Part shown: positions 1-8,339 of the stretch, in pieces
Numbering within the stretch: position 1 is the first letter of the stretch
How the letters are laid out: each line of letters opens with the position of its first letter
From: Candidatus Dojkabacteria bacterium
Lineage (GTDB): Bacteria > Patescibacteriota > Dojkabacteria > SC72
Direction: 5' to 3'
Assembly: GCA_050950145.1 (NCBI GenBank)
Contig: JBMNHB010000001.1
Span: 1-51,135, forward strand
Length of the DNA: 51,135 nucleotides
Position numbers and translations under genes: made by a program
Notes under the pieces: generated by a model
Told to the model about the DNA's origin: nothing
What the model saw: only the letters and a program-made list of their open reading frames with translations
Databases searched by the model: none

Positions 1-1353
1 TTTTATCCCAACTGGTGTCGCCCAGAAAGATCTATGAGTGAATATGATATACCTGGATCCGCAACTGCTAGATCTGTATTCGCAAGATTAGGATATGCCT
101 ACTTAGGGACAAGAGGAGAATTAACAGGAGAACCATTTACTAAACTTAGAATACAAGGAGTAAATCCAATTACCCTCACAGTTGAAGGAACATTCTCTGG
201 TTATGCAATAAATGAGATATATGTGGAAGGAGATTATGCATACCTTGCAACAACGAATGATGACAAAGAAGTTGTGATTTTAGATATTTCAAGTTTACCT
301 TACACAGAGGTGGGATATGTAGATACTCCAGATTCATGGAATGCATATAGTGTATTTGTAAAAGGAAACATCGGTTATGTTGCTCACAGTACATATGTAT
401 CAACATTTAACCTAGATCAAAAAACAGGAAAACGAGATATTTTGAATACAATAAATGTAAGTCTCATTCCTTGGATTGCAACCGTAAGTCAGATATATGT
501 AAAAGATAATTACCTCTACGGAGTATTAAACTGGGACTGGTATGAGTTTGCAATTATAGATGTAACAAACCCATACTCTATGAAATTAATATCAAGAACA
601 AGTGTTAACAACCAACAGGTATATGATATGTATATATCTGAAGATGGAAACCGAGCCTACTTTGGAACAAATATTTCCAGTAACGAGAACGAGTTCTTCA
701 TAATAGATACCTCAACCAAAAAGGGAAAAAGACCTATCATAGCATCTGTAAATACAGATATGACAGTAAGAGCTCTATCTGTTGTGGAAGATGGAAATGT
801 AGCAATACTTGTTGGCACGGGTGGACAAGAGTATCAGGTTTACAACATTTCTAATGAAACTAATCCAATAAAGTGTGGAGGAATGCATATAGATAATGGA
901 ATATATGACATAGATTCACTTACAGACCCACAAGGTAATGCATTCTCATATATAGTTACAGGAGACACTAATAATGAGTTCAAAATCATTCGTGGTGGTC
1001 CAGGAGGAGGAGATGAAGAAACGGGAAACGGATATGTACCTTCTGGAAATTATCTATCAATCATCTCTGATTCCAAATCAACAAACTCAACATATTACAC
1101 CCTTTATCTTCTTACTCAAGTACCAGAAGGAACGACCATGGAAGTACAATACAGAATTAGTGATAGTCCAACAATGGTTGGTGCTCAATGGAGAGGTCCT
1201 GATGGAACTCCAAACACGTTTTACAGCACAACTGGGACATACTCATTACCACAAGGGACAAAAGGAAGATACTTCCAATACAGGGTTAATTTCACAGGAG
1301 ATACAGAACACACACCTTTACTTGAAGAATTAGTAGTAAGCTATGAAAAATAA
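1..1353 (+). CDS. LVIVD-repeat beta-propeller surface protein (5'-partial at window edge)
   Basis: Frame 1 has no stop between base 1 and the ORF-track ATG at 34, so the gene probably starts upstream of the window. Repeated ~40-aa units (IYVEGDYAYLATTNDDKEVVILDISS, IYVKDNYLYGVLNWDWYEFAIIDVTNP, VVEDGNVAILVGTGGQEYQVYNISN) resemble LVIVD repeats. The stop overlaps the next gene by 11 nt. Confidence 0.6.
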   Translation, partial: FYPNWCRPERSMSEYDIPGSATARSVFARLGYAYLGTRGELTGEPFTKLRIQGVNPITLTVEGTFSGYAINEIYVEGDYAYLATTNDDKEVVILDISSLPYTEVGYVDTPDSWNAYSVFVKGNIGYVAHSTYVSTFNLDQKTGKRDILNTINVSLIPWIATVSQIYVKDNYLYGVLNWDWYEFAIIDVTNPYSMKLISRTSVNNQQVYDMYISEDGNRAYFGTNISSNENEFFIIDTSTKKGKRPIIASVNTDMTVRALSVVEDGNVAILVGTGGQEYQVYNISNETNPIKCGGMHIDNGIYDIDSLTDPQGNAFSYIVTGDTNNEFKIIRGGPGGGDEETGNGYVPSGNYLSIISDSKSTNSTYYTLYLLTQVPEGTTMEVQYRISDSPTMVGAQWRGPDGTPNTFYSTTGTYSLPQGTKGRYFQYRVNFTGDTEHTPLLEELVVSYEK

Positions 1354-1822
1354 AAAACTAAAAGGCGTAACATTAGTTGAAACCCTACTCTACATAGGCT
1401 TGTCCTCTATCATCCTCTTTGTAGTCCTTAGCTTCATGCTCTCCACCCAAGAGGCAAGCAGTAGAACTTCTGCAAAAACCAAAACACATCAAGCATCTCA
1501 ATTCATTCTAGAACACTTACACGAAACATTTAGACAAGTAAAAAGCATAGATCAAACAAGTTCTGTTTTTAACAATGATAATGGAAAACTCTTTGTTGTT
1601 TTCTCTGATGGTATGAGAAACTATTCACTTACAAATTCACAAATTCTTTTTGATAGTACCCCTATTACTCCAAAGACAGTCAATGTTACAAAATTCCTCT
1701 TAGAGCCAATAAGAGACAAGAAAGATACCTCCATAATAGCTGTTAAGATCACAATACACTTAATCTCTACAGAAGATACAAATGTTAGCGAGGATATTAA
1801 TTTCTTAGGTGTTATACGCTGA
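1343..1822 (+). CDS. Type IV pilin / pseudopilin with prepilin-type N-terminal methylation motif
   Basis: The N-terminus KLKG/VTLVETLL (Gly-1, Glu+5) is followed by a ~20-residue hydrophobic helix. The gene lies upstream of a prepilin peptidase gene. Confidence 0.65.
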   Translation: MKNKKLKGVTLVETLLYIGLSSIILFVVLSFMLSTQEASSRTSAKTKTHQASQFILEHLHETFRQVKSIDQTSSVFNNDNGKLFVVFSDGMRNYSLTNSQILFDSTPITPKTVNVTKFLLEPIRDKKDTSIIAVKITIHLISTEDTNVSEDINFLGVIR

Positions 1823-2223
1823 TGAAATTGAAAGTAAAAAAAGAACAACAGAAAGGATATATTGCACTAACAACTGTTCTAGTTGTTCTTCCATTACTTC
1901 TACTAACAGGAATTAACTTAGTTTACGAAAATATTACAGAGATGGTTGCTGGTAAAATGAGATTTGACTACAACATATTAGAACTCAATGCAGAAACTTG
2001 TTTGGAGGAATCAGTTAGGAAGATAAAGTTTAATCCACAATATACAGGAACATTGAACTTCAGTCTAACTGGATGGAGTTGTGAGGTTACTGTACAAAAT
2101 GTTCCTACCAAAACAGGATTTAAACTACTAAATATCGTTGCAAATGATGAACTTAATAATGTTGTCATTATAAACAAAGAATTAAATACTAATACTGATC
2201 CTTTTGAAATTTCAAATATTTAA
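1822..2223 (+). CDS. Minor pilin-like protein (weak call)
   Basis: A basic N-terminus is followed by the hydrophobic segment KGYIALTTVLVVLPLLLL. The ATG overlaps the upstream TGA (TGATG). It lacks Glu+5, so it is only pilin-like. Confidence 0.35.
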   Translation: MKLKVKKEQQKGYIALTTVLVVLPLLLLTGINLVYENITEMVAGKMRFDYNILELNAETCLEESVRKIKFNPQYTGTLNFSLTGWSCEVTVQNVPTKTGFKLLNIVANDELNNVVIINKELNTNTDPFEISNI

Positions 2224-2794
2224 AAAATTTAAAACTACAGAGTGGATATTCTTTATCTCCTACCTCCTCTCTATCATCCTCCTTACATACAGACTTTTTT
2301 CAAACTGTATACCTGGAGTTAACTGTGTGGTATATGAAAAGATTATCTACTTAACTACCCTATCTATCATATTTGGTGTTTTGGGATATATAGCTTACAA
2401 AGATTTTAAGACTATGGAGATAGACAATCTAACCTCATTAGTTCTAATGCTTTTTTTAATAGTGATTACTGTTATTCTTTTCTTTATACCTGATTACAAA
2501 GATTGGGCTTTTCAGAAATTACTAGGAGCAATTATTTTAGGTTCTGTTTTTCAATTAATTGTTTTACTTACAAAAGAAAAAGGTTTAGGACAAGGAGATG
2601 TTAGGTTGGCAATTATTTCGGGGATTTTAGTAGGTATGGATAATCTAATACTATGGTTATATGTAACAATATTTAGTGCATTGATATATGGGTTATTTTT
2701 GGCTAAGAAAAAGAAAAAGTTTAAGGGTTTGAAAATACCTTTTGTTCCTTTTATGGTGTTGGGAATGGTTGTAATACTCTTAATTCTTATTTGA
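2204..2794 (+). CDS. A24-family prepilin peptidase (short form, no methyltransferase domain)
   Basis: Polytopic membrane protein with GLGQGDVRL (the GxGD aspartyl motif) and an earlier Asp in YKDFKTMEID. The ORF-track start is TTG, so the exact start is uncertain. Confidence 0.7.
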   Translation: MKFQIFKKFKTTEWIFFISYLLSIILLTYRLFSNCIPGVNCVVYEKIIYLTTLSIIFGVLGYIAYKDFKTMEIDNLTSLVLMLFLIVITVILFFIPDYKDWAFQKLLGAIILGSVFQLIVLLTKEKGLGQGDVRLAIISGILVGMDNLILWLYVTIFSALIYGLFLAKKKKKFKGLKIPFVPFMVLGMVVILLILI

Positions 2795-3321
2795 CAGACA
2801 AATTATTAATGAAAAATCTTAGAGAATACAAAAAATTTTTGATTGTTGGAGATTCTGGAAGAGGAAAGACTACTATGGCTAAATTCTTAGCAGAGAAATT
2901 AAAAATACCACATACAGAATTAGATGACTTTTACTGGATAAGAAAATTCTCAATAAAAAGAGAGAAAGAAGAAAGGTTGAAGATGGTCATAAAATTTTTA
3001 GAAAAACATAAAGAATGGATTATAGAGGGGACATCTCGCGATATGGTTAGCCTATGTATGAATGATGCAGAAATAATCGTATATATGTCATTCCCCAATC
3101 TTTTTACACAATTATTTTATATTACAAAAAGAGCAATACAAAAGAAAGAAAAATTTTTACCATATTTAGATTTGTGCTATACAACGGTATTGAAAAAATA
3201 CAAAATAGGCAAAAAGTATAAAGGAAGACTCTCTATAAAAGAAATACTGGAAAGATATAAGAAAAAGGTAATTCCCCTAAATAGTTGGAAAGATATTGAA
3301 GATTTTAAGAAAAATTTTTAA
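2791..3321 (+). CDS. P-loop kinase, adenylate-kinase-like / FlaR topology-modulation family
   Basis: Walker A motif VGDSGRGKTT and WIIEG core. The ATG at 2809 may be the true start. Confidence 0.55.
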   Translation: MTDKLLMKNLREYKKFLIVGDSGRGKTTMAKFLAEKLKIPHTELDDFYWIRKFSIKREKEERLKMVIKFLEKHKEWIIEGTSRDMVSLCMNDAEIIVYMSFPNLFTQLFYITKRAIQKKEKFLPYLDLCYTTVLKKYKIGKKYKGRLSIKEILERYKKKVIPLNSWKDIEDFKKNF

Positions 3322-3338
3322 TATCTTGTATTAAGAAT

Positions 3339-3710
3339 ATGAGTTTAATAGATTACACAAATAAAATTAAAAATATAGATAAAATCTTTCTTGAAAAGAA
3401 AGATAATATTGAATATATTAATCTCCAAATTAGTAAAGATGTTAGATTAGCTAGAGTACAGAAAGGTTTAACACAGAAAGAATTAGCTGAGAAAGTAGGT
3501 ACCAAACAAACAAGTATATCTAGATTAGAATCAGGTAGACTCTCTCCTTCTATTTCTTTTTTAAGTCAGATAGCAACTGCTTTAGATACTGAACTTATCT
3601 CCCCTACCTTTGCATCAATACAGAAATCTAAAAAGAATACTTCTAAGAACTATCACAAACCGAACCTATTACTTGCAACAGAGTTAAGGGATAAGAGAAA
3701 AAAGAATTAA
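3339..3710 (+). CDS. XRE-family helix-turn-helix transcriptional regulator
   Basis: LTQKELAEKVGTKQTSISRLESG is a typical Cro/C1 HTH. Confidence 0.75.
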   Translation: MSLIDYTNKIKNIDKIFLEKKDNIEYINLQISKDVRLARVQKGLTQKELAEKVGTKQTSISRLESGRLSPSISFLSQIATALDTELISPTFASIQKSKKNTSKNYHKPNLLLATELRDKRKKN

Positions 3711-3796
3711 TAAAAATCATAAAACAACCCTATCTCACATCTAGGATATAGTTCTTTTTTAGAATGTATTGAAAAAATATATTCAAAATCCTTACC

Positions 3797-4218
3797 TGGT
3801 GGAGACGATGGGAATTGAACCCATGTCCAAAAGTATCATCTAGCACCATATACAAACATATCTAATCTTGTTTAGTAAGATATACCTAAAAGACTAGACA
3901 AAAAGTATATCTCCTCAGTTATACTTCTCAATCAACTACCCTACTGACCTGATAGAAGATCGTACCCTAATAACGACTGTCTTAGATTCCTCATTAGGGA
4001 GAAGAATAAAAGACACTAACCAAAATCAATTAGTTAGACTGATGCAAAATTGTATGCATAGGCTGGAGCTGCAAATGCTGCTCTTAGTCCTGCGCTTACT
4101 TTATCTGCAAAAGCGACGATTTTATTTTTTACACTTATCTTGTGTGTTAAGAATAACGAACTTAACAAACGGTTTGTGATAACTAGAATCAAGCTTCTGT
4201 CGATAGCCTGACGTCCCC
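3797..4218 (-). ncRNA. ssrA: tmRNA (transfer-messenger RNA)
   Basis: The reverse strand starts GGGGACGTCAGGCTATCGAC and ends GGACATGGGTTCAATTCCCATCGTCTCCACCA. This gives a T-arm plus a 7-bp acceptor stem with G3:U70, discriminator A and an encoded CCA. An internal frame following a GTC triplet (GCT TTT GCA GAT ... TTT GCA TCA GTC TAA) gives the candidate tag AFADKVSAGLRAAFAAPAYAYNFASV. Confidence 0.9.
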
Positions 4219-4241
4219 ATATTGGTAAAGAACTACTCTAT

Positions 4242-4250
4242 ATTATACCA
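4242..4250 (-). promoter_or_regulatory. Extended -10 (TGGTATAAT) likely driving pre-tmRNA
   Basis: The reverse strand reads TGGTATAAT, 23 nt upstream of the mature GGGG 5' end. It overlaps the TAA stop of the upstream CDS. Confidence 0.5.
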
Positions 4251-4752
4251 TTTCTGAGGGGTTTTTTCTACTCAATGTTGTAAGAATCCTATTCAAAAGC
4301 ATAGCATACTCCTTCTCACTAACCCTGCCTTCAGAATTAGCAGCAAATCCTGCATCTTTCCTAATCATCTCGTAGGTAATACCACCTCCTAAATCCTCCC
4401 GAAGACCTATTCTATCTATCCTTGTTTCTGCCAAATTCCTATTCGCAATCTCAACGGCTTTCTCCAAATCACCACCTCTTTGTTCTATAAATTTAAGAGA
4501 ACCTATATGAGAAAATATAATAAAAGTTGTTACTTTCTGTGCATGATCTAAATCTTCTATTTCAATACCAAAGGTTTTAAGATATTCTGTTTTCTGTTCA
4601 TCATACTTTGAACCAAAACTAGTAACTCCTTCTCCTTTGTATTCCAAATTTTCTAATGATAGCTCTATCCCCTGAATATCTTTTACTGTTATCTCTGTTT
4701 TTAAAGTTGATTCTTTTTCTGTATCTGTTTCAATATTAAAAATATCTTCCAT
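4243..4752 (-). CDS. Hypothetical acidic protein, no recognisable motif
   Basis: 169-aa ORF. It has its own TGGTATAAT about 30 nt upstream of the ATG and no SD. Confidence 0.5.
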   Translation of the reverse strand: MEDIFNIETDTEKESTLKTEITVKDIQGIELSLENLEYKGEGVTSFGSKYDEQKTEYLKTFGIEIEDLDHAQKVTTFIIFSHIGSLKFIEQRGGDLEKAVEIANRNLAETRIDRIGLREDLGGGITYEMIRKDAGFAANSEGRVSEKEYAMLLNRILTTLSRKNPSEMV

Positions 4753-4809
4753 ATTTATTAAGGGTTATAAGTTAATGAGATATTATACCATTTTTAACAG
4801 TATCCCACA

Positions 4810-5304
4810 CTAATAATCCTCTATCCTTTTAACAAACTCCATAACCATATCTCCACTAATCCAACTATTTAACTTCAAATATCTCTTAGCTTGTTTTACA
4901 ACCTCTTTCTTTTTTAAAACACCCTGCTTTAATAATTCCTCTAATATCCATAACAAACCATGAACATCAACACCAAAATACTGAGCCTTTTTCCTAAGAG
5001 CATTATCTGAGGTACACAAAACCATCTCTTTTTTCTCAGCCACATGTAAAACAGATATATCTACAAGTGAAAGCTCAGGATTATTAGCATGCTTTACATA
5101 CAACTCAAAAACCTCTTCAGAAGTAAATTCATAAACATTAAAATGCTTAATATATTTCTCAAATTCATCCTTCTGATCTATTATCTCATTATGTACAAAA
5201 TCAGGTATCCATAATTCAAACTTAGAATGAGCAAAAACTTCAAGAAGCCCTAACTTAATCAAATCAATCAATACACTGGTATCATTTACAACTACACCTG
5301 TCAT
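4810..5304 (-). CDS. PIN-like nuclease domain protein (COG2405/DUF3368-like), putative toxin
   Basis: The N-terminal VVNDTSVLIDLIKLGLLEVF, the central LVDISVLHVA, and CTSDNALRKKAQYFGVDVHGLLWILEELLKQG follow the PIN-like DUF3368 pattern. The ATG overlaps the upstream stop (ATGA). Confidence 0.6.
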   Translation of the reverse strand: MTGVVVNDTSVLIDLIKLGLLEVFAHSKFELWIPDFVHNEIIDQKDEFEKYIKHFNVYEFTSEEVFELYVKHANNPELSLVDISVLHVAEKKEMVLCTSDNALRKKAQYFGVDVHGLLWILEELLKQGVLKKKEVVKQAKRYLKLNSWISGDMVMEFVKRIEDY

Positions 5305-6368
5305 GGAATGAGGTTGATGAAGTTAAGAATCTCCTCTTCACTCTTACCAGACAGTGCAGCCGCTTTATTCCTAGTAATCTTCTCTTCAGAAACACCCCTT
5401 CTTAACAAAGAAAGAAACCTAGTAGGTTCTTCAACTATATGACACTTCTTACCTGGCTCTTCCTCTCTCCATCCCTTTTGAGAAATATATTTGAAAAATT
5501 TATTCTTAAGCCCTTCACTTATCAAACCCAACTCAAAAGCTCTATATACAATAGCTTGCATAGATGCTCCAAAATATATTTTAAGAGCTTCTAATTCTTC
5601 AAAAGAAAGAACTCTTCTTCTACCTCCAAATTCTCTAACAAAAACCTCTCTAGGCATTAAAAATGCTTTTGCAAATCTGTGGCATAGCTTCTCTATTTCT
5701 TTAGATGATAAATCCTCTGGAAACTGTAAAACTAAATGCCCTAACTCATGTAGAACAGTTAGCCTTTTCCTGTCTACTGGCATATTTTTATTAAAAGCAA
5801 TTACAGTAAAATCTCCAATCTTCCCACTCAAACCATCAAAAGCATCTCCTTCAATATCAACATCTACTAACTTAATTCCTTGGTCTTCTAACAATTCCAC
5901 TACACTAATTATTGGATCAACCCCTATATTCCAAACCTTTCTAATCTTTTCTACTAAAGATTCAATTTCTTCTCCTTTTTTAATATTCAAATCTTTTGAA
6001 TCTATTGGTAAAAGAAAGTTAGAAGACTCCCCCATTATCTTCTCCAATTCTAGAAGTTTCTCTACCCTATCTTTAATCACATACTCTATTTTAGTAAGTT
6101 CCTTTTTAGTAACTTTAGAATTCTTCTTACGATATTCTATTTGTGAAAAGGTAAGGTTTGAAGGCGTGAAGAAATAGTCAATCTTAACATCTAAAGCTTT
6201 TGCTAAGGCATTAAGAATACTACTACTAGGCACCATAACCCCTTTCTCATATTTAGAGATTGCATTTTTAGAAACAAGGTTATCTATTCTTGCAACAAGA
6301 TTATCCATGGAAAGCCCAGACATTTTTCTTGCTGTTTTTATCTTTTCACCAATGAAAACTTTGTTCAT
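5301..6368 (-). CDS. XRE HTH fused to ImmA/IrrE (COG2856) zinc metallopeptidase
   Basis: The N-terminal HTH (IKTARKMSGLSMDNLVARIDNLVSKNAISKYEKG) is followed by the HELGH zinc-binding motif (LTVLHELGHLVL) of ImmA/IrrE peptidases. Confidence 0.75.
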   Translation of the reverse strand: MNKVFIGEKIKTARKMSGLSMDNLVARIDNLVSKNAISKYEKGVMVPSSSILNALAKALDVKIDYFFTPSNLTFSQIEYRKKNSKVTKKELTKIEYVIKDRVEKLLELEKIMGESSNFLLPIDSKDLNIKKGEEIESLVEKIRKVWNIGVDPIISVVELLEDQGIKLVDVDIEGDAFDGLSGKIGDFTVIAFNKNMPVDRKRLTVLHELGHLVLQFPEDLSSKEIEKLCHRFAKAFLMPREVFVREFGGRRRVLSFEELEALKIYFGASMQAIVYRAFELGLISEGLKNKFFKYISQKGWREEEPGKKCHIVEEPTRFLSLLRRGVSEEKITRNKAAALSGKSEEEILNFINLIP

Positions 6369-6374
6369 ACCTGT

Positions 6375-6428
6375 GTGGTTGACAAATTATACTTAATTAT
6401 ATTCAAACAGGTTACTTTTGTCAACCAC
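6375..6428 (-). promoter_or_regulatory. Consensus sigma70 promoter bracketed by a perfect 12-bp inverted repeat (candidate operator pair)
   Basis: The reverse strand reads TTGACA (6419-6424), N17, TATAAT (6396-6401). The repeat arms are GTGGTTGACAAA (6375-6386) and TTTGTCAACCAC (6417-6428). One arm overlaps the -35; the other lies between the -10 and the ATG at 6368. Confidence 0.65.
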
Positions 6429-6537
6429 TACCACCAGAAGCATATCTCCAATACCAAGGTTCATTCATAATTCCGAACTCATTATCTTTAGGAAATGATT
6501 CTTTTCAGTATGTGCAAATTTTACACATACTTCTTCT

Positions 6538-7275
6538 CTACTTCCTCCTACCATACTCCCACATACCAATACTTGTAGCTACTGAAAGATTTAATGAATC
6601 AATCTCACTTGAATGTGGAATGTATATACTTTCACCCTCTCTTTTCTCCATTGTTTTGTAACTACTATCTAATCCCCTACCCTCATTACCTTGTATAAAA
6701 GAGAATGGTTCTTTGAATTCTACTTCTAATATATTTTTTGCTCCATCTAACATAAAAGGATACAAATTATGATCCTTGTAAACCTCTGTATACTCTGTAA
6801 TAGTATTAAAATATCTAAAATGCACTCTAAACAGTGCTCCCATTGTAGATCTAACAACCATAGGGTCAAAAATATCAACACCTGGTTTAATTATTGCAAG
6901 ATTCTTAAACCCAAAACCAACCATAGTTCTAATAATTGTACCTAAATTACCAGTATTACTAGGATTTACTAAAACAATATGGTTTTTCTCACTCTCTAGT
7001 TCCTCCTCATACTTCTCAAATACACCTACTACATATGTATTCTCCTTGTATGCAATCCTATCAATTAACTTATCATTCTCCTCAAAAGGAATATTCTCTC
7101 TCTTACAAATATCTAATATTTCAGAAACACCATCACTCTTCAAACCTTCTTTCTTAACCAGAATCTTTAGAACTTTTTCCTTCTGAAATTTTAATAAATC
7201 TAATACAGGATATGCTCCAAAAGCATATGAAAAATTAAATTTCTTTTGATATCTTTTTAATTTTGGTAACTGCAT
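6538..7275 (-). CDS. SpoU/TrmH-family RNA 2'-O-methyltransferase
   Basis: Motifs NLGTIIRTMVGFG, GNEGRGL and IPHSSEIDSLNLSVATSIGMWE. Confidence 0.75.
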   Translation of the reverse strand: MQLPKLKRYQKKFNFSYAFGAYPVLDLLKFQKEKVLKILVKKEGLKSDGVSEILDICKRENIPFEENDKLIDRIAYKENTYVVGVFEKYEEELESEKNHIVLVNPSNTGNLGTIIRTMVGFGFKNLAIIKPGVDIFDPMVVRSTMGALFRVHFRYFNTITEYTEVYKDHNLYPFMLDGAKNILEVEFKEPFSFIQGNEGRGLDSSYKTMEKREGESIYIPHSSEIDSLNLSVATSIGMWEYGRRK

Positions 7276-7276
7276 A

Positions 7277-7687
7277 TTACTTCTTACCTTTCTCTTTTAT
7301 TATCTCATTTCTAAGTTCATTTGCATAACCTAAAAAAAGAGATATGTATGCAAATATCTGAGTAAAAATACCATATACTGAATTACTTGTAACAAAATGG
7401 AAAATTGCAATTAACGAAAGAAGAAGTCCAAACATATTCCAGTATGTAAAATCATTAAATATCCATGATCTGGTAAAAGGTTTGTTGTCTTTTTTAAGAA
7501 ATATTCCTAAAAATGCTGAGAATATTAAAAGAAGAGATGGAAGGAATATGCTTGTGTATGTTATTTCTTTAGTAAAAAGTTCCTTTAAGTCTAGTATTTT
7601 AGGTAGAGAGAGAAACAAAATTAAAGATATTATTAATACTGAGAACTGTATTATCCAATGAGTTTTATCTATTTTTTGTTTCTTCAT
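7277..7687 (-). CDS. Hypothetical membrane protein
   Basis: About four hydrophobic helices. It has a strong SD (GGGGAGGA, 5 nt before the ATG). Confidence 0.5.
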   Translation of the reverse strand: MKKQKIDKTHWIIQFSVLIISLILFLSLPKILDLKELFTKEITYTSIFLPSLLLIFSAFLGIFLKKDNKPFTRSWIFNDFTYWNMFGLLLSLIAIFHFVTSNSVYGIFTQIFAYISLFLGYANELRNEIIKEKGKK

Positions 7688-7737
7688 CTATTCCTCCCCT
7701 CTCTGATTATATTCTCTTTCTAACATTTTTAACAATT

Positions 7738-7771
7738 TTGACATTTAGCACTCCTTATGTTAAAGTGCTAA
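7738..7771 (+). promoter_or_regulatory. Promoter TTGACA-N17-TAAAGT overlapped by a CIRCE (HrcA operator) inverted repeat
   Basis: TTAGCACTC-N9-AAGTGCTAA at 7745-7771 differs at one position from the consensus TTAGCACTC-N9-GAGTGCTAA. The -35 is at 7738-7743 and the -10 at 7761-7766. Confidence 0.75.
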
Positions 7772-7836
7772 CAGATAACCAAGAGAATTCTTTTGAATTT
7801 TCTTTATCAATTATTTAACTTTATTTCACAAAACAT

Positions 7837-8295
7837 ATGAAAGATGTAAAAAGAAAAGATGGTACTCAGTTACCAGTTAGTAGATATACTCCAATAAGAA
7901 GCGTTTTTGATGATTTCTTTGGAATGCCTTCTTTAATGGATGAATTTTTTGTAAGACCTTCAATGCCAAGATATCCTAATATATCTGCAGATATATGGGA
8001 GGAAGATGATAATTTCTTTGTAAAGATGGCTCTTCCTGGTGTTAATAAGGAGAATATTGATATTGAAGTAGAGGCTGATTATGTAAGAATTAAAGGTGGT
8101 CAGAAAAAAGAAGAGAAGGATGATTCAAAGAAAAAGTTCTACTTTAAGAGTCTTGAAACACAATTTGAACAGACATTTAATCTTCCAACTGCTGTTGATG
8201 CAAGTAAGGTTGAAGCATCTTTTAAGGATGGAGTATTGGAGGTAAAGCTTCCAAAAGCAGAGGAATACAAAGCTAGAAAGATTAGTATTAAATAG
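7837..8295 (+). CDS. hsp20: Hsp20/alpha-crystallin small heat-shock protein
   Basis: ADIWEEDDNFFVKMALPGVNKENIDIEV ... FKDGVLEVKLPK is a typical alpha-crystallin domain. Confidence 0.85.
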   Translation: MKDVKRKDGTQLPVSRYTPIRSVFDDFFGMPSLMDEFFVRPSMPRYPNISADIWEEDDNFFVKMALPGVNKENIDIEVEADYVRIKGGQKKEEKDDSKKKFYFKSLETQFEQTFNLPTAVDASKVEASFKDGVLEVKLPKAEEYKARKISIK

Positions 8296-8339
8296 GTTTA
8301 TAGACGAATAGGGAAGAGAAACATTATTATCTATAAAAC

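Noticed and set aside
5491-6177. Long antisense or alternative-frame ORFs inside well-supported genes. Examples are 5491..6177, 43327..43836, 40088..40462, 46069..46938, 24281..25180 and 974..1333.
   Set aside because: They are Ser/Leu/Phe-rich low-complexity translations, typical of mirror frames in AT-rich, Lys/Glu-rich genes. The overlapping frames carry clear conserved motifs.
3339-6368. Genomic island integrated at the tmRNA gene
   Set aside because: There is no integrase and no direct repeat of the ssrA 3' end on either side. The accessory character of the flanks is suggestive only.
6426-6473. 15-codon mini-ORF (MNEPWYWRYASGGSG) on the minus strand upstream of the HTH-ImmA promoter
   Set aside because: It is too short, has no SD or promoter of its own, and ends inside the inverted-repeat arm. 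This is indistinguishable from chance.
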